DNA from: Gemmatimonadota bacterium
Lineage (GTDB): Bacteria > Gemmatimonadota > Gemmatimonadetes > Palauibacterales > Palauibacteraceae
Length of the DNA stretch: 64,000 nt
Reading direction: 5' to 3'
NCBI GenBank assembly: GCA_039585235.1
Contig: JBDGWG010000001.1
Span: 1,022-65,021 of the forward strand
Shown: in pieces, positions 42,486 to 51,825 of the stretch
Numbering within the stretch: the stretch's first letter is position 1
Layout of the letters: the number at the start of each line of letters is the position of its first letter
Notes under the pieces: generated by a model
What the model saw: only the letters and a program-made list of their open reading frames with translations
What the model was told of the DNA's origin: nothing
Databases searched by the model: none
Translations under genes and position numbers: made by a program

Positions 42486-43391
42486 CTAGGGCACCTCGCA
42501 CGCAACGTCGAACACCGTGTAGGTCAATCCGCCGGACGGGACGTCCACCGACCGGGGATTCTCTCCGTTGACGGAGCAGTTGTCGGCCACGGAGGACTCG
42601 ACGAGGTGGACGCGATTGATACCCCCTGCCACCGACCCGACGGTCTTCGCGGCCGTGGACCGGATCGGAATCGGACCTCCGATCTCGATTACGACCTGGT
42701 AGCCGTCGGGATCGGGAAACAGGCCCGTGGTGGACGTGACGAGCCTGAGGTTGCCCACTCGATCCGTACAGAATACCTCGTACTTCGTCTCGACCAGGTC
42801 CTCGCTCGGCACGGTCACGTTTCGCTCGGGGTCTCCGGCCAGGCGGCAATTCAAGGCCATGTCTCCCAGCCGCACCGTGTGCTCTCCGGTCGCGAGGTCC
42901 GCCGTCTGAGCCGTGTCGTTGGCGCCTATGGTGACTGCATCGGAACCGTCCACTGCTAGCGTATACCCGTCGTCCGGATCCTCCCCGCTCGTGGACGTGA
43001 CGACCCGGAGAACTCCGGCCGTGCCGACGCAGGTCACCTCGAACGTCGTATCCGTATGGGAGTCGACGATCACCTGAAGCGGCCTGGGGTTGTCGCCATC
43101 CACGGTACAGTTGGTCGCCACGTCTGCGAGTCCTACGGAATAAGTGTCGACCGGACGGTTCCGGAATTCGAGGCTGTCGTTGACCCCGATCAAGCCAGCG
43201 AAGGTGTCGTTCACCCGGACCTCGTAGCCGTCGGCGTCGAGGTCGTCACCCGAGCTGACCGTCATGACCGAGTAGTCTCCCACGGGGCCAGGATCCGTTC
43301 CGCCGTCACCATCATCGCCGCACGCGCTCGCCGCCATGATCAGTGTGCTGCAGCAGGCGAGGGAGACTCTCTTCGATATTGATAACGCCAT
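42486..43391 (-). CDS. Lipoprotein composed of three ~95-aa tandem repeats, unknown function
   Basis: Lipobox LIMAASAC. Three repeats, each starting D(A/P)DGY and ending with a conserved Cys pair (..NC.V.G(D/E)NPR..V....TT(F/Y)EV.C). The acidic, Thr/Val-rich composition suggests Ig-like beta-sandwich domains. Confidence 0.55.
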   Translation of the reverse strand: MALSISKRVSLACCSTLIMAASACGDDGDGGTDPGPVGDYSVMTVSSGDDLDADGYEVRVNDTFAGLIGVNDSLEFRNRPVDTYSVGLADVATNCTVDGDNPRPLQVIVDSHTDTTFEVTCVGTAGVLRVVTSTSGEDPDDGYTLAVDGSDAVTIGANDTAQTADLATGEHTVRLGDMALNCRLAGDPERNVTVPSEDLVETKYEVFCTDRVGNLRLVTSTTGLFPDPDGYQVVIEIGGPIPIRSTAAKTVGSVAGGINRVHLVESSVADNCSVNGENPRSVDVPSGGLTYTVFDVACEVP

Positions 43392-43613
43392 GAATATCCG
43401 ATCCCGATGGGTATCTGGCTGTCACTGGAGAGCGATCGTATCGCGTTTCACCCACGAGGAGATGGTTCGTTCCCCCCGGGCGAAGCACTCAGATGAGCGA
43501 GGTCGCGCGAAACGCCGGCCATGTTATCTTGTGCGGCCGAGGTTGCGGTCTACCCGGCCGGTTGCCGGGGCCGATCATAGTCGTCCCAGTCGGTACTCGA
43601 CAAGGAGCTGATT

Positions 43614-44306
43614 TTGGCTGACGCAAAAGGCAAGGGTGGTAAGGGGTTCTATATCCTGATCGCTGCGGTGGTCGTCGTAGGCGGTCTTCTTCTGATGAAT
43701 GCGAGAAAGGGAGCCGACGAGGTCCCGGACCTCGCGCCCGTCGCACTCGCGGGCGGGGACTTCGCGGCGGACGTGTCTTCGGGCACGGCGCTCGGGGCGG
43801 ATGATTCTCCTGCCGTGATCATGGAGTTCTCGGATTTTCTGTGCCCGCACTGCCGCCGGTTCAATGGTTTGAGCGGCAAGCTGCTGCGGCAGAATTACGC
43901 GGGCTCCGGCTCTCTGAAGTGGATTTCGTTCGACTTCCCGCTATGGCCGGAGTCGTGGACCCCGGCGATCGCGGCGCGATGCGCGAAGCGGCAGGGCAAG
44001 TACTGGGAGATGAGGGATCTTCTGTTTGCCCGGGTGGATAGCTGGAGCGAGGAAAGCAGCCCGAACCGCAAGTTCATCGACTATGCCAGGGACCTGGGCC
44101 TCGACGCGGGCGCGTTCAAGAGCTGCGTGGACAACCGGGAGACCCTGGCCGAGGTGCAGGCGTCCAAGGCGTATGGCGAGTCCCTCGGCATCAACTCCAC
44201 TCCGACGATCTACTTCAATGGCGAGCCGCATGCCCTGACTGGAACGGACTACGGGTACGGAAGTCTCGAGGAGCAGATCAAGGTGGCCGCGACCGAAGGC
44301 GAGTAA
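43614..44306 (+). CDS. DsbA-family thiol:disulfide oxidoreductase (membrane-anchored, BdbD-like)
   Basis: N-terminal TM (FYILIAAVVVVGGLLLM), thioredoxin-fold CPHC active site (FSDFLCPHCRRF), and a cis-Pro region STPTIYFNG. Confidence 0.8.
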   Translation: MADAKGKGGKGFYILIAAVVVVGGLLLMNARKGADEVPDLAPVALAGGDFAADVSSGTALGADDSPAVIMEFSDFLCPHCRRFNGLSGKLLRQNYAGSGSLKWISFDFPLWPESWTPAIAARCAKRQGKYWEMRDLLFARVDSWSEESSPNRKFIDYARDLGLDAGAFKSCVDNRETLAEVQASKAYGESLGINSTPTIYFNGEPHALTGTDYGYGSLEEQIKVAATEGE

Positions 44307-44323
44307 CGGATCGGGGTTAGCGG

Positions 44324-44767
44324 ATGTCCTATGAAACGAGGTTGCGCGGGATCGCCCTGATCTCGCTGGTCGGCCTGTTCGTGGCCGTCTACCTGTTGCT
44401 CTACCAGATGGGTTTCTACGGGGCTCTGTTGTGCGGCGCCGGCTCGTGCGAGGTCGTTCAGGCCTCGAAGTACGCCCGATTCCTGGGTCAGCCAGTGCCG
44501 CTCTGGGGCACGCTGTGGTACGGCGGGGTGATCGTCCTGGCGTTCCTCGGCCTCGGTCCGGCGAGCGGCACGCGGTGGCTGGACGTCGTGCTAGCCCTGG
44601 CGGCCACCGGCGGGCTCCTGTTCTCGATCTACCTGACAGGAGTCGAGCTGCTCGTCCTGCATGCCGTGTGCATGTGGTGCGTGATCAGCGCAGTCCTCAC
44701 GGTGGCGATCTTCGTACTGGCCCAACCGTGGCGGTCGTTCATGGAGGCGGCGCAAACGACGGAATGA
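44324..44767 (+). CDS. Vitamin K epoxide reductase (VKOR) family protein
   Basis: Four to five TM helices, loop cysteines CGAGSC, and active-site CXXC in the last helix (AVCMWCVISAVL). Lies 17 nt downstream of the DsbA-like gene. Confidence 0.8.
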   Translation: MSYETRLRGIALISLVGLFVAVYLLLYQMGFYGALLCGAGSCEVVQASKYARFLGQPVPLWGTLWYGGVIVLAFLGLGPASGTRWLDVVLALAATGGLLFSIYLTGVELLVLHAVCMWCVISAVLTVAIFVLAQPWRSFMEAAQTTE

Positions 44768-44776
44768 AATCCGGAT

Positions 44777-44812
44777 GAACGAAGGGGCGACCGATCGGCC
44801 GCCCCTTCGTTC
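44777..44812. terminator. Strong hairpin between convergent VKOR and sigma-factor genes
   Basis: Perfect 13-bp stem GAACGAAGGGGCG / CGCCCCTTCGTTC with a 10-nt loop accgatcggc, 10 nt after the VKOR stop and 43 nt before the sigma-gene stop. Confidence 0.5.
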
Positions 44813-44854
44813 TCCAGGCGTTGACGAAACAGGTGCATGGGCGCTCTCAGGCGA

Positions 44855-45739
44855 TCATGCGCTGGCCCGCCAGAATCCTTCCAGCGCGCCGCCGTGCTCC
44901 GATCCGCGCAGCTTGTCGAACGCGCGGTTGCGAATCTGCCGGATGCGCTCCCGGGTGACGCCCAGAAGTTCGCCGATCTGCTCGAGCGTCATCTCTTCGC
45001 CGTCATCCAGCCCGTAGTACAGGACGAGGATCTTCCTCTCCCGCTCCGTGAGATAGCTCTCGAACATCTTCTCTAGGAACTCACGCCGGGCCTGAGCTTC
45101 GACGTCGATCTCTATGTCCCCCTCGTCGGCGCCCGAGAAACGCTCTCCGAACGAAGCGCTGTCCCGATCCGACTTGTCGAGCGGAGCATCGAGACTGAGC
45201 TCGGCCGAAGCCACGCGGCGGAGGGCGCGCACCGTCTCCACCGGCTCCTTCATCTCCTCCGCGATCTCCCGATCGGTAGGCGACCGACCGAGCTTCTGCG
45301 TGAGGGCGGTCTCGGTGCGGGACAGCTTCACCAGGTTCGAGTTCTGGTTCAGCGGGATCCGCACGGACCGCGTCTGCTCCGCCAGAGCCTGTAGGACGGT
45401 CTGGCGAATCCACCACACCGCGTAGGAGATGAACTTCACGCCCTTGTCGGGATCGAACTTCTTCACGGCCTTGAGAAGGCCCTCGTTCCCGATGCAGACG
45501 AGCTCCGCCAGGTTCAGGCCTCGTCCCTGGTACTTCTTCACGTACGAGATCACGAAACGCAGATTGGCCGTAACCAGCCGCTCCGCCGCGGCCCGGTCAC
45601 CGGCACGCGCCCGGCGCGCAATCTCGCGTTCCTCCATGGGATCCTCGATCAGCGGATAGCGTTCGACATCCTGCAGGTACTGATCGAACGAATCGAGCGC
45701 TCGCGCGTCGAAGAAGATCTGCTTTCTCGCAGCGTTCAT
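44855..45739 (-). CDS. RNA polymerase sigma factor, sigma-70 family (RpoD/RpoS-like regions 1.2-4, no region 1.1)
   Basis: Region 2 RFVISYVKKYQGRGLNLAELVCIGNEGLLKAVKKFDPDKGVKFISYAVWWIRQTV, region 3, and a region 4.2 HTH (TLEQIGELLGVTRERIRQIRNRAFDKLR). 294 aa. Confidence 0.85.
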   Translation of the reverse strand: MNAARKQIFFDARALDSFDQYLQDVERYPLIEDPMEEREIARRARAGDRAAAERLVTANLRFVISYVKKYQGRGLNLAELVCIGNEGLLKAVKKFDPDKGVKFISYAVWWIRQTVLQALAEQTRSVRIPLNQNSNLVKLSRTETALTQKLGRSPTDREIAEEMKEPVETVRALRRVASAELSLDAPLDKSDRDSASFGERFSGADEGDIEIDVEAQARREFLEKMFESYLTERERKILVLYYGLDDGEEMTLEQIGELLGVTRERIRQIRNRAFDKLRGSEHGGALEGFWRASA

Positions 45740-45840
45740 AGGCTCCGAATCTCTTGCTGTACGACGGCACTTGCTGCCATGCCGGGGCGGTCCCGACCGC
45801 CCTAAGCCCGCTTAATACACTGCATGTCCGTCAGGTTCCG

Positions 45841-46416
45841 TCAACCCTCGCGAAGGGCCTCTCGGAGCCACTGCTCGTCGTCGGCCCCGAGTTCGGCGGC
45901 CCCGTCGACGGCCGCTTCGGTTCCTCCGGCCCCTTCGGCGCGGGCCCACTTGCGCAGGCGGTTCCTCGCGAGGAAGAAGCCCAACACGAGGGCCACGACC
46001 GGAAGGCCGTACACGAGGAGGTTGATCCCCCTCGCCTGGGGTTGGAGGAGGATCCACTCCCCGTACCTGCTGACGAAGTAGGCTTCGATCTGCTCTGGCG
46101 TCTCACCGGCGGCAAGCTTGTCACGTACTACGCGGTGCATCTCACGTGACAGCTCAGCGTTGGACTCGACGATCGACTGGTTGCGGCACACCGGGCAGCG
46201 AAGACCTGACGCGACTTCGGCCGCCCGCGCGTCCAGTTCCTCTTCCTCGGGGTCTGTGAGCGCGTCGCGGTCCGTCTCCTCCACTGGAGGCGGCTCCGCC
46301 TCCTGGCCCACCGCTGCGGTCCCGGCGTCCGGTTGGACGTCCTGCGATAGCACCGCCGCCGGCCACGCCAGGGACGCGACCAGCAGGGCCAGTATCCAGG
46401 CGCGCCCGGGGCTCAC
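45841..46416 (-). CDS. ccmH: Cytochrome c-type biogenesis protein CcmH
   Basis: Signal peptide, then LRCPVCRNQSIVESNAELSREM (CcmH LRCxxC motif), and a C-terminal TM helix. Confidence 0.85.
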   Translation of the reverse strand: MSPGRAWILALLVASLAWPAAVLSQDVQPDAGTAAVGQEAEPPPVEETDRDALTDPEEEELDARAAEVASGLRCPVCRNQSIVESNAELSREMHRVVRDKLAAGETPEQIEAYFVSRYGEWILLQPQARGINLLVYGLPVVALVLGFFLARNRLRKWARAEGAGGTEAAVDGAAELGADDEQWLREALREG

Positions 46417-46979
46417 GGTGCGCCTCCCGCCCCACCGACTCCGGCAGCGGCCACTGGCGCCGCGAGCAGCGAATCCACCTGGTACTGCACCAGGTCCCAG
46501 GTGACGGGACCGACCTTCTTAAGCGAGATCTGACCATCCTGACCGATGAAGAAGGTCTCCGGCACCCCGTACACTCCGTAGTCGATGGCCGTGCGCTGCG
46601 AGGGATCGAAAACGTGTGTCCAGTCGCCCCCGTACTGGTTCAGAAAGCGCTCGGCGTTGGCCCGAGAGTCCTGGTATACCACTCCGAGGAGGACCACTTC
46701 GGTATCGTCCCACGTGCGCTCGGTCTGCACGAGCACCGGGTGCTCGGCGCGGCACGGGATGCACCAGGACGCCCAGAAGTTGAGGATCACTACCCGCCCG
46801 TGCAGGTCGGCCAGCTTAATGGTGTCGCCCTCGAAGCTGACGAGCTGGAAAGCCGGCGCCTCCACTCCCGCCATCGGGGACGGAAGAACGTATGTATCCC
46901 GGCCCATCCCCCAGTACAGCAGCCACAGGATGGGCAGCGCTGCCAACGGGAGGAGCCAGCGAAGCTGATTCTTCTTCAT
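46413..46979 (-). CDS. ccmG: Thiol:disulfide interchange protein CcmG/DsbE
   Basis: TlpA-like thioredoxin with ILNFWASWCIPCRAEHP and GVYGVPETFFIG. 4-nt overlap with ccmH. Confidence 0.85.
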   Translation of the reverse strand: MKKNQLRWLLPLAALPILWLLYWGMGRDTYVLPSPMAGVEAPAFQLVSFEGDTIKLADLHGRVVILNFWASWCIPCRAEHPVLVQTERTWDDTEVVLLGVVYQDSRANAERFLNQYGGDWTHVFDPSQRTAIDYGVYGVPETFFIGQDGQISLKKVGPVTWDLVQYQVDSLLAAPVAAAGVGGAGGAP

Positions 46980-47004
46980 GTCGTCTCTATACGTCCGGTT
47001 ACGA

Positions 47005-49035
47005 TCAGACGGTCACCGCCTCGAGCTCTTCCACGAGCTCGGCGGATTCCTCTTCGCGGATATCGGCCGCCGATACCGCGGGGCGGCCGCTGCCCCGCTG
47101 CGGCATCACAGCCAGGATGGCCCCGAGTGCCACGATCATGCCCCCGATCCACAACCACGGCACCGCCGGGTTGACGATCGCCCGGATCGTAGCGTGCGCG
47201 CCCTCCTCCTGGTCGAATGCCATCAGGGTCAGGTAAAGGTCCTCCTTCAAGGTTGACCGGACCGCCGGGGTTCCGATCGGCTGCTGCGAGTTCGGGTAGT
47301 ATTTCAGGCTGGGCTGCATGGTCCCGGCCTCGTTCCCCTTGTGGAAGATGCTGAACGTTCCACCCACGACGAACCGCTGGTCCTCTTCTTCGGCCCAGAC
47401 CTCGTCGAACACGACCCCATAGTCCCCGAGCTGCATCAAATCTCCGCGCTGCAGCGTGACCTCGCGCTCGAAGCGGTACGTGCCCGAGATCGCCAGGGCC
47501 ACGATGATGACCACGATGCCGGCGTGCACGATATAACCGCCGTAGCGCCGGTTGTTGCGCGTGAGGATCTGGCCCAGCGCCACGGGGGCCGAGACCCCGG
47601 CAATCCGCTGCCTGGCCCGCACGCCCTTCCGGAACTCCTCGACGATGGTTGCCATCACGAACCCGGCGAACGTGAACGTGATCAATGGCCAGATGCTTCG
47701 GGTGCCGAGGACGAACCCGAATAGACCGGAAACCAGCCCGACGGTGACCGGCACCAGGAACACCCGCTTCATTTTCCCGGGCGTCGTGCGCCGCCACGGT
47801 AGGGCCGGCCCTACCCCCATCAGGAAGAGAAGCAGTACGCCGATCGGAATCGACACCATGTTGAAGTACGGTGGTCCCACGCTCACACGATTCCCGTTGG
47901 CCGCTTCCACGATCAGTGGGAATGTCGTTCCGAGCAGCACCGTGAACGTGAACGCGACGAACAGCAGGTTATTCAGAATGAACATGCTCTCGCGAGACAC
48001 GACCGCGTCCAGCGACCCGGGGGCATGCAGGCGATCCGAGCGCCAGGCGATCAGAATGAGTGACGCGACCATGACCAGGGCGATGAACGCCAAGAACAGC
48101 GGACCGATCACCCCCTCGGTGAACGCGTGGACCGAGTCAAGAATTCCCGATCGGGTTAAGAATGTCCCGAACAGAGTGAGAAGGAACGTCCCAATGATCA
48201 GGGAAAGGTTCCATGTCTTCAGCATTCCTCGCCGCTCCTGGACCATCACGGAGTGGAGGAACGCCGTCGCGGTGAGCCAGGGCAGGAAGGACGCGTTCTC
48301 CACCGGATCCCACGCCCAGTAGCCTCCCCAGCCCAGGACCTCGTACGACCACCAGCCGCCCGCTACGATGCCGACCGAGAGGAAGGCCCACGCAGCCACC
48401 GTCCAACGCCGCGTCGAACGGATCCATTCGTCATCGACCTTTCCGCTCAGCAGTGCGCCGATCGCGAAAGCGAACGGAACCGCCAGTCCCACGTAGCCCA
48501 GATACAGCATGGGCGGATGCAGGCCCATCAACGGGTGGTTCTGGAGCAGCGGGTTCGGTCCCGGTCCATTGGCGGGCACCGGGAATACGGTCCCGAACGG
48601 ATTGGCCGGTCCGGTGAGGAGTCCGTAGAAGAACAGGCCTACGAATCCCATCACGCCTGCAGCGAACGGGACGAGGACGGACTCGGATCTCCGATTTACG
48701 AACGCCACGAGGGCACCGTAAGCGGAGAGGATCCAGCCCCAGAACAGGATCGAGCCCTCGAGGCTGCTCCATAGAGATATCGCCGTGTAGTACGTCGGCG
48801 TCTCGAGACTCCCTACCCGCGCCACGTAGGACACGCTGAAGTCGTGCGTGAGAAGCGCGGTCTCCATCGTGATGAACGCCGTCGACATGGCGGCGAACAC
48901 GAAGTAGGTGCCGTAGCGGGCCGCACGGATCAGACCCGGCTTGCGCGTGAATCCGCCAGCGATGCCCGTGACCATCACCACCAGGGCTCCGAGGAGAGCC
49001 GCGGCGATGGAAGTGCTGCCGATGAGATTCAGCAT
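47005..49035 (-). CDS. ccmF: Cytochrome c-type biogenesis protein CcmF (heme lyase)
   Basis: 676 aa with ~15 TM helices and the WWD domain GWGGYWAWDPVENASFLPWL. Confidence 0.9.
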   Translation of the reverse strand: MLNLIGSTSIAAALLGALVVMVTGIAGGFTRKPGLIRAARYGTYFVFAAMSTAFITMETALLTHDFSVSYVARVGSLETPTYYTAISLWSSLEGSILFWGWILSAYGALVAFVNRRSESVLVPFAAGVMGFVGLFFYGLLTGPANPFGTVFPVPANGPGPNPLLQNHPLMGLHPPMLYLGYVGLAVPFAFAIGALLSGKVDDEWIRSTRRWTVAAWAFLSVGIVAGGWWSYEVLGWGGYWAWDPVENASFLPWLTATAFLHSVMVQERRGMLKTWNLSLIIGTFLLTLFGTFLTRSGILDSVHAFTEGVIGPLFLAFIALVMVASLILIAWRSDRLHAPGSLDAVVSRESMFILNNLLFVAFTFTVLLGTTFPLIVEAANGNRVSVGPPYFNMVSIPIGVLLLFLMGVGPALPWRRTTPGKMKRVFLVPVTVGLVSGLFGFVLGTRSIWPLITFTFAGFVMATIVEEFRKGVRARQRIAGVSAPVALGQILTRNNRRYGGYIVHAGIVVIIVALAISGTYRFEREVTLQRGDLMQLGDYGVVFDEVWAEEEDQRFVVGGTFSIFHKGNEAGTMQPSLKYYPNSQQPIGTPAVRSTLKEDLYLTLMAFDQEEGAHATIRAIVNPAVPWLWIGGMIVALGAILAVMPQRGSGRPAVSAADIREEESAELVEELEAVTV

Positions 49036-49041
49036 GCGCCG

Positions 49042-49497
49042 CTACCCGTCCGACTTGATGAGAGACTCGTACATCTGCTCGGGTTTCTCTCCGTGCGGCG
49101 GCTCATACTCGTTGGAGTGCTTGACCATTAGGTTCGTGGACTCGAAGACCTCGTCGTGCGTATAGCGTCCCTCGACCACGACTCCGATTCCCTCCTTGAA
49201 CATGGCGGGCGGCGCTCCCGTACTGCGGACCGGCACCTCGCCGATGCTGTCGGACACCACGAAGCGCAGATCGAGCGCCTCCGCATCCCAGGTCAGCGAG
49301 CCGGGTTTCACCTGGCCCCCGAGGCGCAGGGGCTGATCGACGATCTCGTCGGCCCGCTGCGCGAGCTCGGCTCGAAGCTCGCTCGGCGTCAGGAAGTAAA
49401 CGACATTGCTGCTCAGCCCGCCCGCGATCAGCATGGCGATCCCACCGGCGATCGCGAGCACACCGAGGCCGGCCCACATCTTCTTGGACTTGCTCAT
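49042..49497 (-). CDS. ccmE: Cytochrome c-type biogenesis protein CcmE (heme chaperone)
   Basis: N-terminal TM, OB-fold, and heme-binding His region LMVKHSNEYEPP. Confidence 0.85.
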   Translation of the reverse strand: MSKSKKMWAGLGVLAIAGGIAMLIAGGLSSNVVYFLTPSELRAELAQRADEIVDQPLRLGGQVKPGSLTWDAEALDLRFVVSDSIGEVPVRSTGAPPAMFKEGIGVVVEGRYTHDEVFESTNLMVKHSNEYEPPHGEKPEQMYESLIKSDG

Positions 49498-49532
49498 GTG
49501 ACGGATTGTCCCTTGCTATATGAATCGGCGAG

Positions 49533-49751
49533 TCAGTCTCCGGTTCCCGCAACCTCGAACGACTCAACAGCGCGCGCCGTCGTCCGTCCGCGTGATTCCA
49601 GCCTGAACGCGTACCAGAGGAGCGCGCCCCAGGTGAGTCCGTAGCCCGCCACGACGAAGCCACGATTCTCCATTCCCACCCGGCCCGTGTACACCCACAG
49701 CAGGATCAGGGCCAAAACGTAGACCACGCTGACTGCGCTCCATTTACGCAT
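49533..49751 (-). CDS. ccmD: Heme exporter protein CcmD
   Basis: Small single-TM protein (SAVSVVYVLALILLWVY) between ccmC and ccmE. Internal ATG 49751 chosen; the ORF track extends to 49802. Confidence 0.5.
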   Translation of the reverse strand: MRKWSAVSVVYVLALILLWVYTGRVGMENRGFVVAGYGLTWGALLWYAFRLESRGRTTARAVESFEVAGTGD

Positions 49752-50415
49752 TGTACGCCATTCTCCTCTCGAGTTCCCCTTCGAGCTTCGCCAGCCGGAC
49801 ACGCCGTACCATCAGGTAGGCGTAGACGAGCGTGAAAGCGCCCAGATTCAGCATCAACGTCCACAGGATTTCGGGAGCCACGCTGCGCGGACTCGACGGC
49901 GGCTGATGCAGCGTGCGCCACCACGTGACCGACATGTAGACGATGGGCACATTCGCGAACCCGATCACCCCAACGATCGCTGACCAGCGGGCCCGCTTCT
50001 CTCCGTCGTCCGCGAAGCTCCTGAGCGCCAGGTAGCCTACGTATATGGCCAGCAGGATCGCCGTGGTCGTGAGCCGGGGGTCCCAGGTCCAGAACACGCC
50101 CCACGTCGGCTTGCCCCACATCATCCCGAGCAGGAGAGTGACGACCGTGAACACCACGCCGATCTCGGCCGAGCTGGCGGCCACCCGGTCCCAGCGCTCC
50201 TCCCTTTGAATCAGGTAGAGAACGCTCATCACGAACACGATGAAGAATGCGAGGAACGCGAGCCACGCCGCCGGAACGTGCACGTACATCAGTCTCTGCA
50301 CGTTGCCCTGGGCCGCGTCTGCCGGGACGACCACCAGGCCGACCCAACTCCCGACCAGCATGGCCAGGAGCGCCAGGATTCCGAGGACTTTCTCGACTGC
50401 CGTTCTTGGGCCCAC
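49744..50415 (-). CDS. ccmC: Heme exporter protein CcmC
   Basis: Six TM helices and the WWD motif GKPTWGVFWTWDPRLTTT. Confidence 0.85.
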   Translation of the reverse strand: MGPRTAVEKVLGILALLAMLVGSWVGLVVVPADAAQGNVQRLMYVHVPAAWLAFLAFFIVFVMSVLYLIQREERWDRVAASSAEIGVVFTVVTLLLGMMWGKPTWGVFWTWDPRLTTTAILLAIYVGYLALRSFADDGEKRARWSAIVGVIGFANVPIVYMSVTWWRTLHQPPSSPRSVAPEILWTLMLNLGAFTLVYAYLMVRRVRLAKLEGELERRMAYNA

Positions 50416-50416
50416 T

Positions 50417-51094
50417 TCACTCCTCCAGAGCGATTGGGAAGATCCAGATACAGATCACGAAGAAGATGATGTCAAACGCGCCCAGCACCCGCAGCCACAT
50501 CACGGCCTCTCCCATCAAGTTTCCCTGGAGGATCAACGTCGTGGCGTTCACCGCGCCGAGCAGAACCGGCACGAGCGCCGGGAACAGGAGCAGCGGGAGC
50601 ATGACCTCACGGGCCCGCAGGTTCACCGTGAGAGCCGAATAGAAGGTGCCCACGAGCGAAAAGCCGATCGTCCCGAGGACCGCGACGGCGATCAGCCCAC
50701 CCGCATACGGCCACAGGTTCGCCTGGAACAGTATCCCGGCCGCAGGAAACAGCACGGCCTCGACCAGGAGGAGCATCACGATGTTCCCGAGCAGCTTACC
50801 CAGGTAAATGGCGCGTGGATCGCCGGGGTAGGCCCGCAGGCCCTCGAGTCCGCCGCTCGTTTCCTCGTTTTGGTACGTGCGGCTCAGCGAAAGGAGGCCC
50901 GTGAAAGCGATACCTACCCACAGCAGGCCGCCGGCCACTCTCTGCAGAAGCTCGGTGTCCGGTCCGAGGGCGAAGCTGAAGATGAACAGCACGAGGGCGG
51001 CGAAGAACACCATCGCGTTGAAGCTCTGCTTGGTGCGGGCCTCGATGAGGAGGTCCTTCCACACGATGGCCCAGGCCCGATGGAAGACGGACAT
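50417..51094 (-). CDS. ccmB: Heme exporter protein CcmB
   Basis: Six-TM ABC-2 type permease with N-terminus MSVFHRAWAIVWKDLLIEARTKQSF, typical of CcmB. Confidence 0.85.
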   Translation of the reverse strand: MSVFHRAWAIVWKDLLIEARTKQSFNAMVFFAALVLFIFSFALGPDTELLQRVAGGLLWVGIAFTGLLSLSRTYQNEETSGGLEGLRAYPGDPRAIYLGKLLGNIVMLLLVEAVLFPAAGILFQANLWPYAGGLIAVAVLGTIGFSLVGTFYSALTVNLRAREVMLPLLLFPALVPVLLGAVNATTLILQGNLMGEAVMWLRVLGAFDIIFFVICIWIFPIALEE

Positions 51095-51726
51095 CAGTCC
51101 ATCTCCGGCGCGCCGGCCGGGCCGCCGACCGACAGGTGACGACTCAACGGCTCGGACTCGGGCAGGATCTCGAGGTGGCCCCTGCGCAGGATCCCGGTCT
51201 TTTCCGCCTCGCGCACCGCAGCGCCGTCCTGGTGTGAGGCCAGGAGCACCGTGGTGCCCACCTCCTTGAACTCGCTCACCACCTCGTCCACCAGGCGCAT
51301 GCCCTGCGAATCGAGTCCGGAGTACGGTTCGTCGAGCAGCGCTACCTGGATGGGACGCACGAGAAGCTGACCGAGTGCCAGGCGCTTCCGCATCCCGGTG
51401 GAGAACGTGCGCATCCGGTTATCCGCAACCTCGTCCAGGCCGATTCGCTCGAGCACTCCCGCGATCACCCCGCGGTCGGGCTTGAGGCCTGCCATCCGCA
51501 TGGTGAAATGGAGGTTCTCGGCGGCCGACAGATCGTCGTACAGGAAGCCGCGCACGGTAAGAAGGCCCGTGAGCATCCGGACCGCATCGGGGTCGCGCTT
51601 CAGCGAGTGACCCATTACGTGGCCATCGCCACTGGATGGGCGCAGCAAGGTCGCGACGAGCTTCAGGAGGGTGGTCTTGCCCGCTCCGTTCGGCCCGACG
51701 AGGCAAAGCGTCGTTCCGGGCTCCAC
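51094..51726 (-). CDS. ccmA: Heme exporter ATP-binding protein CcmA (annotated from GTG; true N-terminus probably extends to ~51825)
   Basis: Walker A GPNGAGKTTLLKL, signature YSGLDSQG-like, Walker B VALLDEPYSGLD. The 33 codons upstream of the GTG encode a conserved ABC N-terminus (AVELEGLSKRFGWKWALRDASVRV) but contain no ATG/GTG/TTG. Confidence 0.8.
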   Translation of the reverse strand: MEPGTTLCLVGPNGAGKTTLLKLVATLLRPSSGDGHVMGHSLKRDPDAVRMLTGLLTVRGFLYDDLSAAENLHFTMRMAGLKPDRGVIAGVLERIGLDEVADNRMRTFSTGMRKRLALGQLLVRPIQVALLDEPYSGLDSQGMRLVDEVVSEFKEVGTTVLLASHQDGAAVREAEKTGILRRGHLEILPESEPLSRHLSVGGPAGAPEMD

Positions 51727-51825
51727 GCGGACGCTGGCGTCGCGCAGAGCCCACTTCCACCCGAACCGCTTCGACAGTCCTTCCAGCTCGACGGCGGTCC
51801 GGGTCTCACGGTCTATTTGTATCGC

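Noticed and set aside
51419-51760. 113-aa minus-strand ORF overlapping ccmA in another frame
   Set aside because: Arg/Pro-rich; the ccmA frame carries Walker A, signature and Walker B motifs.
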